Source: Strigamia acuminata | Lineage: Eukaryota | Assembly (NCBI GenBank): GCA_949358305.1 | Contig: OX442314.1 | Coordinates: 7,750,001-7,814,000, forward strand | Reading direction: 5' to 3' | Length of the DNA: 64,000 nt | Shown here: one piece after another, positions 39,001-47,712 of the stretch | Position numbering within the stretch: the first letter of the stretch is position 1 | How the letters are laid out: each line of letters begins with the position of its first letter | Position numbers and translations under genes: made by a program | The notes under the pieces: model-generated | Database searches by the model: none | Told to the model about the DNA's origin: nothing | What the model saw: the letters and a program-made list of their open reading frames with translations, nothing else

Positions 39001-39881
39001 AGCTGGAGGAGAGTTAGGGATCGCTTGTGAACACCCCGTGTTCAAAGCTGGGGGAAGGACGTGTGGTGAGCAAAGTGGATAAATATTCCCCCCAAGCGGA
39101 TATTTGCCCTTTGACTCACTGCAATAGACGGGTCGTTCCCCTCGTGTTGGCTCCGCCTCTCCCTGAGCAGGTGTGTGCCCCGAGGGGAGTGAGGTGGCCG
39201 TGGCAAGCCCCCATTGGCTGTGCCTGGCCCCTCACACTGACCCATAAAAGGGAGAAATTCCCGCCAAAAGACAGAACTTACACAAACGACACCAAGAACA
39301 CAGCAACTACCTCACCGTCAGGCCAACTTCAACTACAAGTTAGGATTGATCGAGGATCGCTGAGTAAAGTGCAAACTGTAACTCTCACGAAGTCACTTGC
39401 GAGCTATTCCTGCGAAAGCACGAGAATAGCCCTTGTGAAATCGCCCAGAATAATCGCCCAGACGATTATTCGCCGAAGTAAGTGTCCGAGTGCTTTGTAG
39501 GGAACCCCAAAGTTCCTAGACGAGGCCTCTGCGACGCTAAACCAAACCCTAGACAACAGGCACGGATAGAAGACTCGAAAGAGCATTCCACCGCGTCCGT
39601 GACGACGAATCCGTGACGAATTTACGACAACTCGAGACGCCGCCTTTGTTCCGTCGACCACGCGGAACCGACGACGCCATCTTGAGAAATCCTTTGTTCG
39701 ACGCTGACCACGTCGACTCTAGAATTATTACTAAGTGTATTTTAAGGCCTTCAAGCCTACTGAATAAATTACTTGTTCATTTAAATACATTTGGTATTCA
39801 TTTGGGTATTTGCATAATTGATCACAGGTAAAGTATTACACGTCAGCGCTATTTAAACCTATCACCAGGTAGGACGCGACA
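33023..39881 (+). mobile_element. Young LTR retroelement (probably Gypsy-derived, non-autonomous)
   Basis: LTRs 33023-33842 and 39062-39881 (820 bp, TG...CA, one T/C difference noticed); 4-bp TSD aact; PBS-like tgggggtctgtccgggat right after the 5' LTR; PPT gggggaaggac before the 3' LTR. Confidence 0.95.
33913..39030 (+). CDS. Single long ORF of the LTR element (~1700 aa): charged coiled-coil, low-complexity segments, decayed integrase traces
   Basis: Uninterrupted frame 33844-39030, first ATG at 33913. E/K/R/Q-rich coiled-coil at ~aa 310-500. LHELPLASHP...WPRMRK and LSDNDTQF resemble the integrase Zn-finger and core. No YxDD RT motif or D(T/S)G protease site in context seen. Confidence 0.7.
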   Translation: MKMSDKDEQSASETEQPMLKKGNRTSDYHQRSDGPVPEQSAKAKARANKQKVKAQKEEQAASLTAPHGAERERIPLNTQKEEQAASLTAPPGPERERVPLNTQTFEDTDTEVPENCEEIHEQSTERVSILVAEETHKTPRQTNTISTNPSPPVDQTLVRDQGGTPITSQVTARPASVSPEVAHLIRLEQTPRRGRSGTPITPQVTVRPASVSPEIAHLIRLTQQATRLKAAIDIPVGTSVWESITLLTDAICMAQAATPVATPAAETPMQQETPSEIGGFVPDPQKALYKAREKAREEARLETINRQRKLSAERRQLWREEEEKQQRDKRTAERTERIIQKMRGDQEAEIKQEWNVIVEGKHKKAQDYKDQFRELLAQHKMEKLQKLREEAIIQHQKWEEQYHERMKAEKARKEKEQFLREQEEWERERWREEYEAKKQAIIDEQKRWEAENWKKETEKFQRKYEQDISKRNKREKDQKMNQKPPCGSDIETRERRTKPTKAAKLGRSQEEDRLEPKSRDRHPSKRSETGATTNASLDWKNTNKDREGPENEETKWHSFCGSSDGREPPPSGSQKKPQDGDEVPPRGAENRPHGDPSDPSDSSDDDHPSRSSTRGNRTGRDGDQRRPDPTSTSNRSSRSCHPRSQKRKEFVTNPKPHADKQTTKDNRKETSSRTKTLLSCLKSEFENYKHKPKKKARDRKATLLSCPSHTEVTSEASHLTKLLKKAPDSKTVQNKNFPIRDQSLQIPPTTGNQHQPVTTERPAVSDTGPPIKMEKAPLSLEENLTKTVFSLSGRINCDQSGNKTLNDVRVSTLTPLPIVNICDEHGQTNKAGQAILEPMEKIKDLLPKNSNDKPERLQDDQSSPHQETDQQKPPDVTPAQPEQAISEREEAEETTSENDKTHHPHRSKQKCDENHPEREDRQWNRLLSPMIKYKSTPCLNERKKLKHCVHEPNQSSTLHNPKADCQIRASSRSPIKTRATMKQKQLEKMAQPPPVGTLQTPQVTKLTRTQNRKERRKKTREKKNRLAQSQAANCEPFAMKRRPPDLTMRSHNKEFVANRSFSELKRTNQLDEDILGREEIKKATIILEENQERPKMEKGTLKTDYEQDKLCPNFKDNWSEPDSTRMIAVQSTLKKQTLCLLHELPLASHPDRAQTHYRAKKLVCWPRMRKNTSYLIGQYPQDVATGRIKTCALAKRFAEEITENLFDAAMRFKFKKKALSDNDTQFVIKICKDFGDKLKNIESKTYGYGYKWNQNMIARIFDRLEKIHNLETDLPFTDSEAKDHVWKEIHKLPSAAKDTAASQAVQRDSSGMSRAGQGDDTHKLLQIIHNYKLEPIDVDWLTQYLPEFSPETWLEIQSKSKHIYCWTETLITLPTKNLNGDPTLVGSGRAKHQKPSKGCAAPSIETSTTEAPIDDKRDRVELSNKKWGGQSTPINPVIVQARNIRPQVCEKINPININQQRDNNTNSRQNPNRNKLKTFLREMENAKVAVATLSNMDLAQDCHIKQAMAVWTTVNRESISIPPSMSDMWSPVVPSTSNIHYGLTHDRDGLSWPITSASQQPTSPWCVISPLAVGPSTTSPSTDNREQQNSSRNSQNQPRVPRTTKSISTHTASPFVLTIAIETSATHNDSRTLIVFLTYWRCTQTETTYKPKNKHVLFSMNDQNDLRSILSGNRLFPTPHIPASALSFDYTLPRAESWRRVRDRL

Positions 39882-40331
39882 AACTAAAATTAATTTTGTT
39901 TCCATACACTATTTCATTTGTTATTCTGTATTTACTGGATTGAGAGTCGGTATTTTAATAATGTGGTTATTTAATATGTTTATAATTAATTATAAACATT
40001 TTGTTCAATTGAACTCTTGTTAGAAATTAATTTTATTAAAAATTCTATATCAAATTTTATAATGCTATCTTTATCTACTGTCGTTCAATGGTACTTCACC
40101 ATGTATAAAACTACATAATTATTCTTTTAAACACAAACATTAATTATATTTCCGTACACTATTCCATACGTATAAGTGTTTTAAATGTAATTTTGAATTA
40201 ATAACGCAATAAAATGATCACAAGTAGCAGACAGATTTGGTTGTCATAGTAAGAAGGAATAGCAACAAACTCATTGTTCACTCTCTGACATATTGGAATT
40301 TAACATACATAGTGAATTAGTGATGGGCCTA

Positions 40332-40650
40332 CAGTCAGCGCACGGTATCTTGATGCTAAATTCGTACTGCGCATCCCATTCTGCGCAGACGATTTTCTAA
40401 TTCCAGTTGTTATTTAGCAGTATTAAGCCTAATATTAGGCCTATCAATGATAAAATAAAACAAATATTTTGGTCATACTGTGTGAATTACTTTTAATGAT
40501 GAGTTTATTGTTGTTTATTTACTTTATTTTAGCATTATTAGGCCTAATAATAGGCTTAACACTGCTAAATAACAACTGGAATTAGAAAATCGTCTGCGCA
40601 GAATGCGATGCGCAGTACGAATTTAGCATCAAGATACCGTGCGCTGACTG
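40332..40650. mobile_element. Palindromic MITE (~115-bp TIRs, TA TSD)
   Basis: cagtcagcgcacggtatcttgatgctaaattcg... is mirrored by ...cgaatttagcatcaagataccgtgcgctgactg, flanked by TA. Confidence 0.85.
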
Positions 40651-41022
40651 TAGCACGCTCCCACTGTCCATGTTCCCACGTACTTACAAATAAAGTCATT
40701 CCTACAATAGTTTAATTTCAATCCAAAGATTAGGCCTGCAGTGGAATCCATACTTTGAATTTTGAACATTCAAGACAGAAATCAAATTAAAATAAAATAA
40801 ACTACTCTATTTTAAAAGAATGATGGATTAAAACACGGAATGCTTCAAACTTTTCGGATGAATTCAAACAGAAATCCAAGCCAGGGATTATCTAGGCTGA
40901 TACTTAAAGTGGACAACGAGGGCAAGTAACAAACAGTTCAGGAAGATCATTCCCTAATCCCTATCCCCAACTATTTCTGTCAAATGAAATTTCTGAATAA
41001 AAAGAATGCAGAGTGCCATCCA

Positions 41023-41168
41023 TTTTTGTCCAAAACATCAAAATTTTTGTCAAAAACATCAAAATTTTTGTCAAAAACATCAAAATTTTTGTCAAAAACA
41101 TCAAAATTTTTGTCAAAAACATCAAAATTTTTGTCAAAAACATCAAAATTTTTGTCAAAAACATCAAA
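41023..41168. repeat. 21-bp minisatellite (tttttgtcaaaaacatcaaaa)n
   Basis: About 7 copies; explains the periodic ORFs on both strands. Confidence 0.9.
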
Positions 41169-41338
41169 AAAAAAATTTAAAAACTCACAAAACTCATTTC
41201 AGAATCGACAAAACCATTTAATTTCACCAGACCATAATTACACTCGCCAACAAGTCCAAATACAAAACGAATAATTACAAAAAAACAAAAAACAAAAACA
41301 ATACAAACCAAATAAGCCTAAATTTAATATCGCGCCAA

Positions 41339-43108
41339 TCAAGTAGCCGCCGTCTGCGACCGCGCGGACAACTTCGCCTGAGCGGCCACAAACTCCGGAT
41401 AATCGATAAAACCGTCCTTATTCGCATCATCGGACTCCATAATCGGATCAATCAAAACACACAATTCATCTTCCGTAAAAATCTTCGGTTCCGCATTCCC
41501 CGCATCCGGATTATGTTGACCCTCATTAACTAAAATAAAAATAAAATCACAAAATTAAAAACCACAAAATGACAAAAAAATATATTTTTTAAATCCTAAA
41601 CACATGCAACGACAAAATTCGTGCAAAAAAAGCGAAAATTGACGGACAAGCGAGAACCAATCACCACACAGTACCTCCACCATTAAAATTATTCGCCAGT
41701 TTGCTGTGCCGCAATGTATTCGGCCCAATCTAAAAATCCGTCGTTATTAGCGTCGTCTTGGTCAAGAATCGAGTCGACCATGTTCATTAATTCATCGTCG
41801 GACAACGCGACCGGATTGCGTTGGTACACCTCGCCGGATTCATTATCTGTGTCTAAGCACACACGGAGCAAATAAATATAAACAGCAAATAATAGTTAAT
41901 TTTAACAAAAAATTAAAATTAAAATTAAAATGCAGGTGTGCGTGTGCGGAAAGAAGGGTTTTGAATCGATCAGCTTGGGAAAACAATTCAAAATTATAAT
42001 ACCCACGAGTGAAGAGAAAAATAAGGACTTTATGCGAAAAGCTGCATATTTAGTGCAAATACACATTGAAAAAATAGTTTTGTAGGTGCAAAATTGCAAT
42101 TTTCGATGCAAAAATGCAATTTTAGATGCAAAAATGCAATTTTAGATGCAAAAATGCAAATTTTTGATGCAAAAATGCAAATTTTAGATGCTAAAATGCA
42201 AATTTTTGATGCAAAAATGCAAATTTTTGATGCAAAAATGCAATTTTTGATGCAAAAATGCAATTTTGGATGCAAAAATTCATTCTCGTAGGTGCTAAAA
42301 TGCATTTAAAGGATTATTTTTCAAAAATTATATTTTTATGAGCTGTAATCCATTTTTTTTTTGTCAAAATTCATAATTTTGAACACAAATCCACTTTTAA
42401 ATTCAATAACCCATTTTTTGGTCCAATAACTAATTTTATAGATACAGAAGTCCATTTGCTATACAAAGATTACATTTCAAAGACAGCTACTTCAATTACC
42501 AAACCCTTATCCCGCCACTGCTAAAATGCTCGCCTTTCCCAAATCACCAAATTAAAACACAAGATAAAAACCAATTCCAGTTTACTTATGAACACACATT
42601 ACGTAAAAATACCAACCATCAATTCACAACTATACTGGAATCGGTAAAACACAATCAAACCACGAATTAAACATCTATAACAATTTTACCATGCCAATGT
42701 ATGAGTGATTTAATGAGTTCGGTCCCGTCCAATTTATTATTGTTATCGTTGTCGTGCATTTTGAAGTAATGAAACTGTAATTCCTGCTCGGACATCTTGC
42801 TCGTGTCCGGCTGTTGAATCACTCCTTCCAAATGCTCCTTTATGTGTCTAAAACAACATAAAACCAACATTAATCAAACAAAGTCAAAACAAACGTCAAA
42901 TTTGTCCATACTCTCTGTCCTGAACTTGCGCCTTATCGAACATATTTCCTTGTTGTTGTTGGTGCGTTTGGTGTTGTTGGTGTTGTTGTTGATGCACGTG
43001 TTGTTGCTGTTGTTGCGGTGGTTGTCCAAATTGCTGTTGGGTGTGGGCCGATACGAAAACGAGGCCGGAAATCCATAAAACGAGTAAAAACGTGCGATTT
43101 GACATCAT
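41339..43108 (-). CDS. MCFD2: Multiple coagulation factor deficiency protein 2 homolog (ER EF-hand cargo co-receptor)
   Basis: Signal peptide and Q/H-rich exon 43108-42912; exon 42847-42690 (HIKEHLEG...[29 protein letters not shown]); alternative last exons 41852-41689 or 41529-41339, each encoding EF-hand 2. Confidence 0.9.
42092..42278. repeat. ~21-bp minisatellite in MCFD2 intron
   Basis: gatgcaaaaatgcaaattttt repeated about 8 times. Confidence 0.85.
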
Positions 43109-43199
43109 TAATCTGTAAAAAAAAGGCGAAAAAAAGTCAACAGATGTTAATTTGTGGGGGAAAAACATGAAAAATGGTGGAGAAAATTACTTACGTGTG

Positions 43200-43690
43200 T
43201 TTTGTGAATTTATGTAGGTTTTAATGTTGTGTAATTTCAATTCGGTGCATCAAAACTCGATGATGTAAGCACGTGTAAACACCACAGGTGGACCAAACCA
43301 ATCTTGACGTGGCGCAAGGATCTAGTGGCAGACCGACACCCAATAACAAAACGACTAGATGTAGCTCTAATTTGTGGTATAAAGTTTGAAAAAATTGAAA
43401 AAATAATTTATTTTATTGATTTGTAGATATATTTATTAATTTATTAATGAATTGATTTTAAATTTACATGTAAATTATAAATAACACCGTTTGGCGCAGA
43501 CTGGTGGCGGATTTATCTGTACTGTGACTCGAGTTTATTTTTATCAAACAGGAATAAAACACAAGGGCAAAGTGTATAAATACCAAAAATGAATTTATAT
43601 TTATCTGTTTATCTATAAAAAATATATTTTTTTTCTTTAAAAAGGTTCTAGACACTTGATAGCTCGCACTAGTCCCTGAATGACTGCAGC
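43200..43690. promoter_or_regulatory. Probable bidirectional promoter region for MCFD2 / ECH1
   Basis: Head-to-head genes with starts under 600 bp apart; no specific sites verified. Confidence 0.5.
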
Positions 43691-43691
43691 G

Positions 43692-45591
43692 ATGAGTGCA
43701 GCCACGAAGTTTATTATCAGGAGCATTTTTCATCGATCGTTTAATGTTCTTCCGCCAGGTTTTCTATTGTGTTCAAAAATCTAATTCCTCATTATATCAA
43801 TTTTGTTTAGTGTCTACAAGTCGCACGATGAGCTCGACGGTGAACAACAAATACAAATTCGACACGTTGCAGGTGAAAAAACCGAATAACTTCGTTTATC
43901 ATGTGGAATTAAATCGACCAGACAAGCTAAATGCCATGAATAATACATTTTGGAGGTAAACGAATGATATTTTAGCGTTAATTCTTAATGGAAGTGTTAA
44001 TTTTGTTTGTCATTTTTTGTAGGGAAATACGAGAATGTTTTGCGTCACTCAACGACGACACCGAGTGTCGAGTTGTTGTACTAAGTGCGGCGGGGAAGTT
44101 ATTCACGTCGGGTAAATAAATTGTTTATTTTGAAGGAAGAAAAATATTTTTTTTTGTATTTTAAATGAAAATGTGTTTTTTTAGGACTTGATTTTGAGGA
44201 TATGGCTAAACTCACGAGTGTTATTTCGGGTGAGGAGGATGTAGCGAGGAAAGCACGATTTATGAAGAAACTAGTGACAGATTACCAAAGCTCGTTTACA
44301 GCTATAGAAAAAGTAAAATAATTTTTTTTTGTAGAAAAATATTTTTTGTCGAAAATTCGTTTTTCTGCGAGAAAAATTTGTATTTTTGCAGGATTTTTAC
44401 TTCGTGATTGGGTTTTCTATTAAAAAAATCATTTTTCAGTTTAAAAAAAATGGTTTTTTGAGTTTGGAAAATTCATTTTAAACGTAAAAATTAATTTTTA
44501 CGACTAAAAATGTGCTTCTATACAGACAGATGTATATTTTTGCACGCAGCACGTGCAATTTGCTCTAGAAATAATTTTTTTTTCAACCAAAAATGAATTT
44601 TTCGAATTTTTACAACCAAAAATGAATTTTTACAACCAAAAATGAATTTTTACAACCAAAAATGAATTTTTACAACCAAAAATGAATTTTTACAACCAAA
44701 AATGAATTTTTACAACCAAAAATGAATTTTTACAGCCAAAAATGAATAAATAAATAATCCAAAAATGCATTTATTCAAATAAAAATGCGTTTCTTAGCCT
44801 AAAAATTACATTTTTGATCCAAAAACTATGCAATTTAAGCCTAAAATGACATTTTTGACCCTAAAACAGTTCAATTTTAGCCAAAATAACATTTTTAAGT
44901 CCAAAAATTACACTTACGAGTCCAAAAATACATTTGTTAAACCTAAAAAAACAAAAAACTACACGAAACACGTCGAAAAATCCAATTTCTAAACCAAATC
45001 CGTTCATTTATTCCCTAGTGCACCAAGCCCGTCATCGCGGCCGTCCACGGCGCCTGCATCGGCGGCGGCGTCGACATGATCACGGCCTGCGACATCCGCT
45101 ACTGCACGCAAGATGCCTGGTTCCAAATCAAAGAAGTGGAGATCGGCCTCGCCGCAGACGTGGGCACGCTCCAGCGACTCCCCAAGATCGTCGGCAACGG
45201 CGGCCTCGTCCGAGAACTCGCTTACACCGCCCGCAAGTTCTACGCCAACGAAGCGCTACAGATAGGAATGATCAATCGGGTTTTACCAACCCAACAAGAT
45301 CTCATGTTGTGCGCGCTCGAGGCGGCCATTTTGATCGCGTCAAAGAGCCCGGTCGCCGTCCAGGGATCGAAAATTCACCTCAACTATTCGCGTGACCATA
45401 CGGTCGACGAAGGATTAGATTATATGGTGAGTTTTGAGTGGTTTTTATCGATTTTGGAGTGAATTTTGTTCGGTTTTTTTTATTTTAAGGCGAATTGGAA
45501 TATGACGCATCTGCTGAGCGAGGATTTGATGAAAGCAGCAATGGCGGCTGCCACGAAAGCGAAGGAAGCGCCGGTTTTTGCTAAATATTAA
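43692..45591 (+). CDS. ECH1: Delta(3,5)-Delta(2,4)-dienoyl-CoA isomerase (crotonase family)
   Basis: Exons approx. 43692-43758, 43811-43955, 44023-44111, 44185-44312, 45019-45426 and 45490-45591. Motifs HVELNRPDKLNAMN, KPVIAAVHGACIGGGVDMITACDIRYC, KEVEIGLAADVGTLQRLPKIVGN, NYSRDHTVDEGLDY; Arg/Ser-rich mitochondrial-type N-terminus. Confidence 0.92.
44584..44747. repeat. 20-bp minisatellite (caaccaaaaatgaattttta)n
   Basis: About 7 copies in an ECH1 intron. Confidence 0.9.
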
Positions 45592-45677
45592 GGGAACTGA
45601 TGATAAAATCGATGTGAATTAAGTCGAATGTATAGAAGTAGATGGATTTTTGTATGGATTTTGGAGTTGGAATTAAA

Positions 45678-46008
45678 ATTTCGACATTTTTGCACTAAAT
45701 ATTGGAAAAAATTGATATTTTGTCGCCAAAATTGTAAGAATTCGACATTTTTGCACTAAATATTGGAAAAAATTGATATTTTGTCGCCAAAATTGTAAGA
45801 ATTCGACATTTTTGCACTAAATATTGGAAAAAATTGATATTTTGTCGCCAAAATTGTAAGAATTCGACATTTTTGCACTAAATATTGGAAAAAATTGATA
45901 TTTTGTCGCCAAAATTGTAAGAATTCGACATTTTTGCACTAAATATTGGAAAAATTTGATATTTTGGCGCCGGAAATTGGATTTTGTCGCCAAAATTGTA
46001 AGAATTCG
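45678..46008. repeat. ~61-bp tandem repeat between the convergent ECH1 and EFCAB2 3' ends
   Basis: aattcgacatttttgcactaaatattggaaaaaattgatattttgtcgccaaaattgtaag repeated about 5 times. Confidence 0.9.
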
Positions 46009-46104
46009 CTTTTTTTACACAGAAAAGTTAAAATTTCGCTATTTTGTCTTCGGAAAAGTAAAAATTTGCATTTTATTTTTATTTTTTATTTAAATTTAAA
46101 TTTT

Positions 46105-47383
46105 TTATTCGGCATCGTCCTCTTCTTCTTCCTCTTCTTCTTCGGCCGCGATTCGTTCAGCTTCTAGACGAGCTAATCGAATAGTTTCCAAATGGTTATC
46201 GATTATCGTGCGAACTCGCTCGCCGACTTTGTCGTCCGAGAGCAACCACGTGATGTAATCGACGTAATCCACCGTTCCCGTGCTGCGATCCACTGCCGCG
46301 ATGAGCGCGTCGTCCAATTCGGATTCGTCCAATGGTTCGCCTGAATTAAATTGAAATAAAATCAAAAAATTTGTCAAAAGTTTCCAAAATTTCAAAATTT
46401 TTGTCGAAAGAATTCAAAAATTCAGAATTTTTGTCGAAAAAATTCAAAATTTTTGTAAAAAAATTTAAAATAATCAAAATTTTAGTCGAAAAAATTCTAA
46501 AATTTAGAATTTTTGTTAATAAAGTTCAAAATTTTCGTAAAAAACATCAAATAATCAAAATTGTAGTCGAAAAAATTCAAAATTTCAATTTTTACGTAAA
46601 AAAAAAGTCAAAATTTTGGCGAAAAATTTAAATAAAAATTAAATAAAATTTTACCACTTTCGGTCATATAATTAGCATATTGGTCCTTTGTCAAATAACC
46701 TTTCCCTTCGCCGTCCAGTACCTTAAACGCATCCGACAATTCATAAAAGTTTAATGGGTAAAAACTAAACAAATAAAAAAATATATAAAAAAAAAAATCA
46801 ACAACATTCAATATTTTTATTGTTTAAAATTCAATTTCTTACCTTCTTTCGTTCAACCTTTTAATTAAAGCAGGAAAAAACCGACTGTACGCCACATAGC
46901 CTTCACCTTCTTCTGCTTCCACCTTTTTCGTGAATAAAAATGCGAATTAATAAATTTGTATTAAAATTTTTAGTTCTCAATTTTGACACTTCGTTTGAAA
47001 TGTCTTGAATATCAGCTTCCGTCGGGATGAAGCCCAAACATCGTATCACCGTTCCGACTTCCCTGAAACGTAAAAGAAACACAAATTCATAAATTTCCAA
47101 AAATAATTCCAATTTAATTCACCGCATATCGATGCGATTTTTATTCTCCATATCGAAATGCGTAAAAACAGTTTGAATCAATTGGCTCAATTCTTCGTAA
47201 TCGGGCGACGTGTCCAACCCCGCGTTAATTTCAGATGGCTTCGAACGAACTAAAAACAACAAAATCAATTCAAAACTTCCAAAAAAACAAAAAAAACCGC
47301 CATTTTTAACCAGAAAGAAACGAATAATCAACAATTTCAGTTGCCTCCTCTTCTTCCGCCATCTTGTTTACATCCATCGCCAT
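46105..47383 (-). CDS. EFCAB2: EF-hand calcium-binding domain protein 2 / dynein regulatory complex subunit 8-like
   Basis: Spliced minus-strand exons give VFTHFDMENKNRIDMREVGTVIRCLGFIPTEADIQDI..EVEAEEGEGYVAYSRFFP..DAFKVLDGEGKGYLTK..MTESGEPLDESELDDALIAAVD..GTVDYVDYI, the EFCAB2/DRC8 pattern, with an acidic tail. Start codon uncertain. Confidence 0.75.
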
Positions 47384-47712
47384 GACAACGAGCATCCAAA
47401 CCGACAAACCCCAACAACAACAAAAAACTGAAATAAAACTTGAAAACAAAAAGACATTTATTTAAATCTTTTTTAAAAAACATCCAAAAACAATTCTATT
47501 TAAAAAAAAAAAAAACACAAAATAAAATAAAAATAAAGGACTGCAGTAGTCGACCAATAGGAATCGAGTTTACTTCTTCTCTTATCACGAATCGCCGCCA
47601 TTTTTCATTTTATGTAGTAAAAGAAATCGTGTTTTAAGCGAAACAAATTACGTTGAGTATATCTACATAACATTTAAATTCCTAGCCGATTAGCGCAACC
47701 TAAACGTGAAAG

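Noticed and set aside
40961..41274. Periodic ORFs (MFLTKIL)n / (SKTSKFL)n / (CQKHQNF)n
   Set aside because: Translation artefacts of a 21-bp minisatellite; the same applies to 42030-42305 and 21912-22327.
45678..46008. Regularly spaced repeats resembling a CRISPR array (also 5100-5720, 48620-48840, 56862-57275)
   Set aside because: Units are head-to-tail with no unique spacers, there are no cas genes, and the context is eukaryotic; these are minisatellites.
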